From Polyangiaceae bacterium (GTDB taxonomy: Bacteria; Myxococcota_A; Polyangia; Polyangiales; Polyangiaceae), in the NCBI GenBank assembly GCA_035622655.1, contig DASPUY010000274.1:3320-67319 (forward strand): 64,000 nucleotides of DNA, read 5' to 3'. The position numbers were made by a program, and so were the translations under genes. How positions within the stretch are numbered: position 1 is the first letter of the stretch; every line of letters starts with the position of its first letter. Below are positions 63,184-64,000 of this stretch, piece after piece. The notes under the pieces are model-generated. The model was not told the origin of the DNA and made no database searches. It saw only the letters and a program-made list of their open reading frames with translations.

Positions 63184-64000
63184 GGCCGGGTCGGGCAGGG
63201 GGGGCGGCGGCAGCCGTCGTGGTGGCGCTGCTGGGGGTTGGAGCGCCCGCCGATGCGCAGGTGGCGGAGTTCGACACGACGCAGTCGGTTTTTTACGAGG
63301 CGCCGACGCGGACGCACATGTTCGTGTATTCCCCTTCGGCCGACGTGCAGGCGTCGCCGTGGCCGTGGCTGGACGTTCGGGGCGGTTGGGAGGCCGACGT
63401 CGTGTCGGGCGCGAGTGTGGCGACGAAATCCGGTCCGTTCCAGCCCGACCTCATCAGCACGGCCAGCGTTCGCGATTTTCGAAATCTCGGACGTGGGGAT
63501 GTCACGTTCAAAGGGGACGCCACGTCGGTGACGGCTGGATATGCGTATTCCACCGAGCACGACTATCGGTCAAACTCGCTCCACGTGAATGCACGGACGG
63601 ACACCTTCCAGCACAATTCCCAGTTCGAGCTTTCGTACGCCCGAAACTTCGACATCGTCTGCGATCGCGTCCAGAGTCAGGGAGATCCGACCCGCTGGGT
63701 GGCCCTCGAGAGCTCCGTCGGCTGCTTCACGAACAATCCGATTCGCACGACCCAATCGATCGGGATCGATACCTTCGAAGCGAGCTGGGCGCAGTCGTGG
63801 ACGCCTGTCGTCGAAACCCAGCTGACGTACACAGCGCAGCTCGTCGACGGTTTCCAGAGCGATCCATACCGCAGCGTGGTCCTCGGACAGGGCGTGAAGG
63901 CCCAGGAGCACGAGCCGTCCGAACGGGCGCGCGAAGCCGTGACGGCGCGCATCGCGTGGTATCTGCGGTCGATCCGGAGCGCCGTGCGGTTCTCGCTCCG
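63168..64000 (+). CDS. DUF3570-family (predicted outer-membrane) protein, 3'-truncated by window edge
   Basis: This ORF is not in the supplied track because no stop falls in the window. My own translation from GTG 63168 gives MRVQLGPGRAGGAAAAVVVALLGVGAPADAQVAEFDTTQSVFYEAPTRTHMFVYSPSADV...GYAYSTEHDYRSNSLHVNARTD...ELSYARNFD, with no in-frame stop to 64000. It overlaps the DUF4266 stop by 16 nt. The DUF4266-DUF3570 pairing is a known gene neighbourhood. Confidence 0.6.
   Translation, partial: MRVQLGPGRAGGAAAAVVVALLGVGAPADAQVAEFDTTQSVFYEAPTRTHMFVYSPSADVQASPWPWLDVRGGWEADVVSGASVATKSGPFQPDLISTASVRDFRNLGRGDVTFKGDATSVTAGYAYSTEHDYRSNSLHVNARTDTFQHNSQFELSYARNFDIVCDRVQSQGDPTRWVALESSVGCFTNNPIRTTQSIGIDTFEASWAQSWTPVVETQLTYTAQLVDGFQSDPYRSVVLGQGVKAQEHEPSERAREAVTARIAWYLRSIRSAVRFSL

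Overview
This is a high-GC bacterial chromosomal segment, well over 60% G+C by eye. Off-frame and antisense ORFs are long and Arg/Pro/Ala-rich, which is typical of high-GC DNA. Gene content suggests Myxococcota: bactofilin, an RpoH-like sigma factor, a pal-tolQRAB cluster, a DUF507 protein, many secreted or lipoprotein hypotheticals, and pervasive GTGA/ATGA start-stop overlaps. That assignment is inference only.

I support about 68 protein-coding genes and one RNase P RNA (rnpB, minus strand). The rnpB gene is overlapped by spurious ORFs in the track. I found no tRNA, rRNA, CRISPR array, transposase or prophage signature. The only recombinase looks like housekeeping XerC/D.

Most genes are core functions:
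- sucA, bfr-bfd, tol-pal, maf, erpA, yggX, rpmB, trpGDC, gmk, yicC, mtnP.

Regions worth a second look:
1. A complete E1 / ubiquitin-like-GG / JAMM / CysM sulfur-carrier operon. It carries an extra degenerate ThiF-like ORF and is translationally coupled to two paralogous secreted proteins built from repeated Cys-pair modules.
2. An orphan B12-dependent lysine 5,6-aminomutase pair (kamDE) at the end of an operon with a lipid kinase, an SRPBCC protein and an ATPase-less ABC-2 permease.
3. A 1266-aa GltD/NfnB-like plus PyrK/NfnA-like fusion oxidoreductase with an unassigned N-terminal domain.
4. A divergent RelA/SpoT-like nucleotidyltransferase and a DUF507 gene heading a yicC-gmk-mtnP operon.
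5. Structured repeats and palindromes upstream of the sigma-factor gene, and a strong-SD proline-rich uORF coupled to trpG.
6. A DUF4266/DUF3570 pair whose second gene is missing from the ORF track.

All family calls come from reading motifs by eye. No searches were run.
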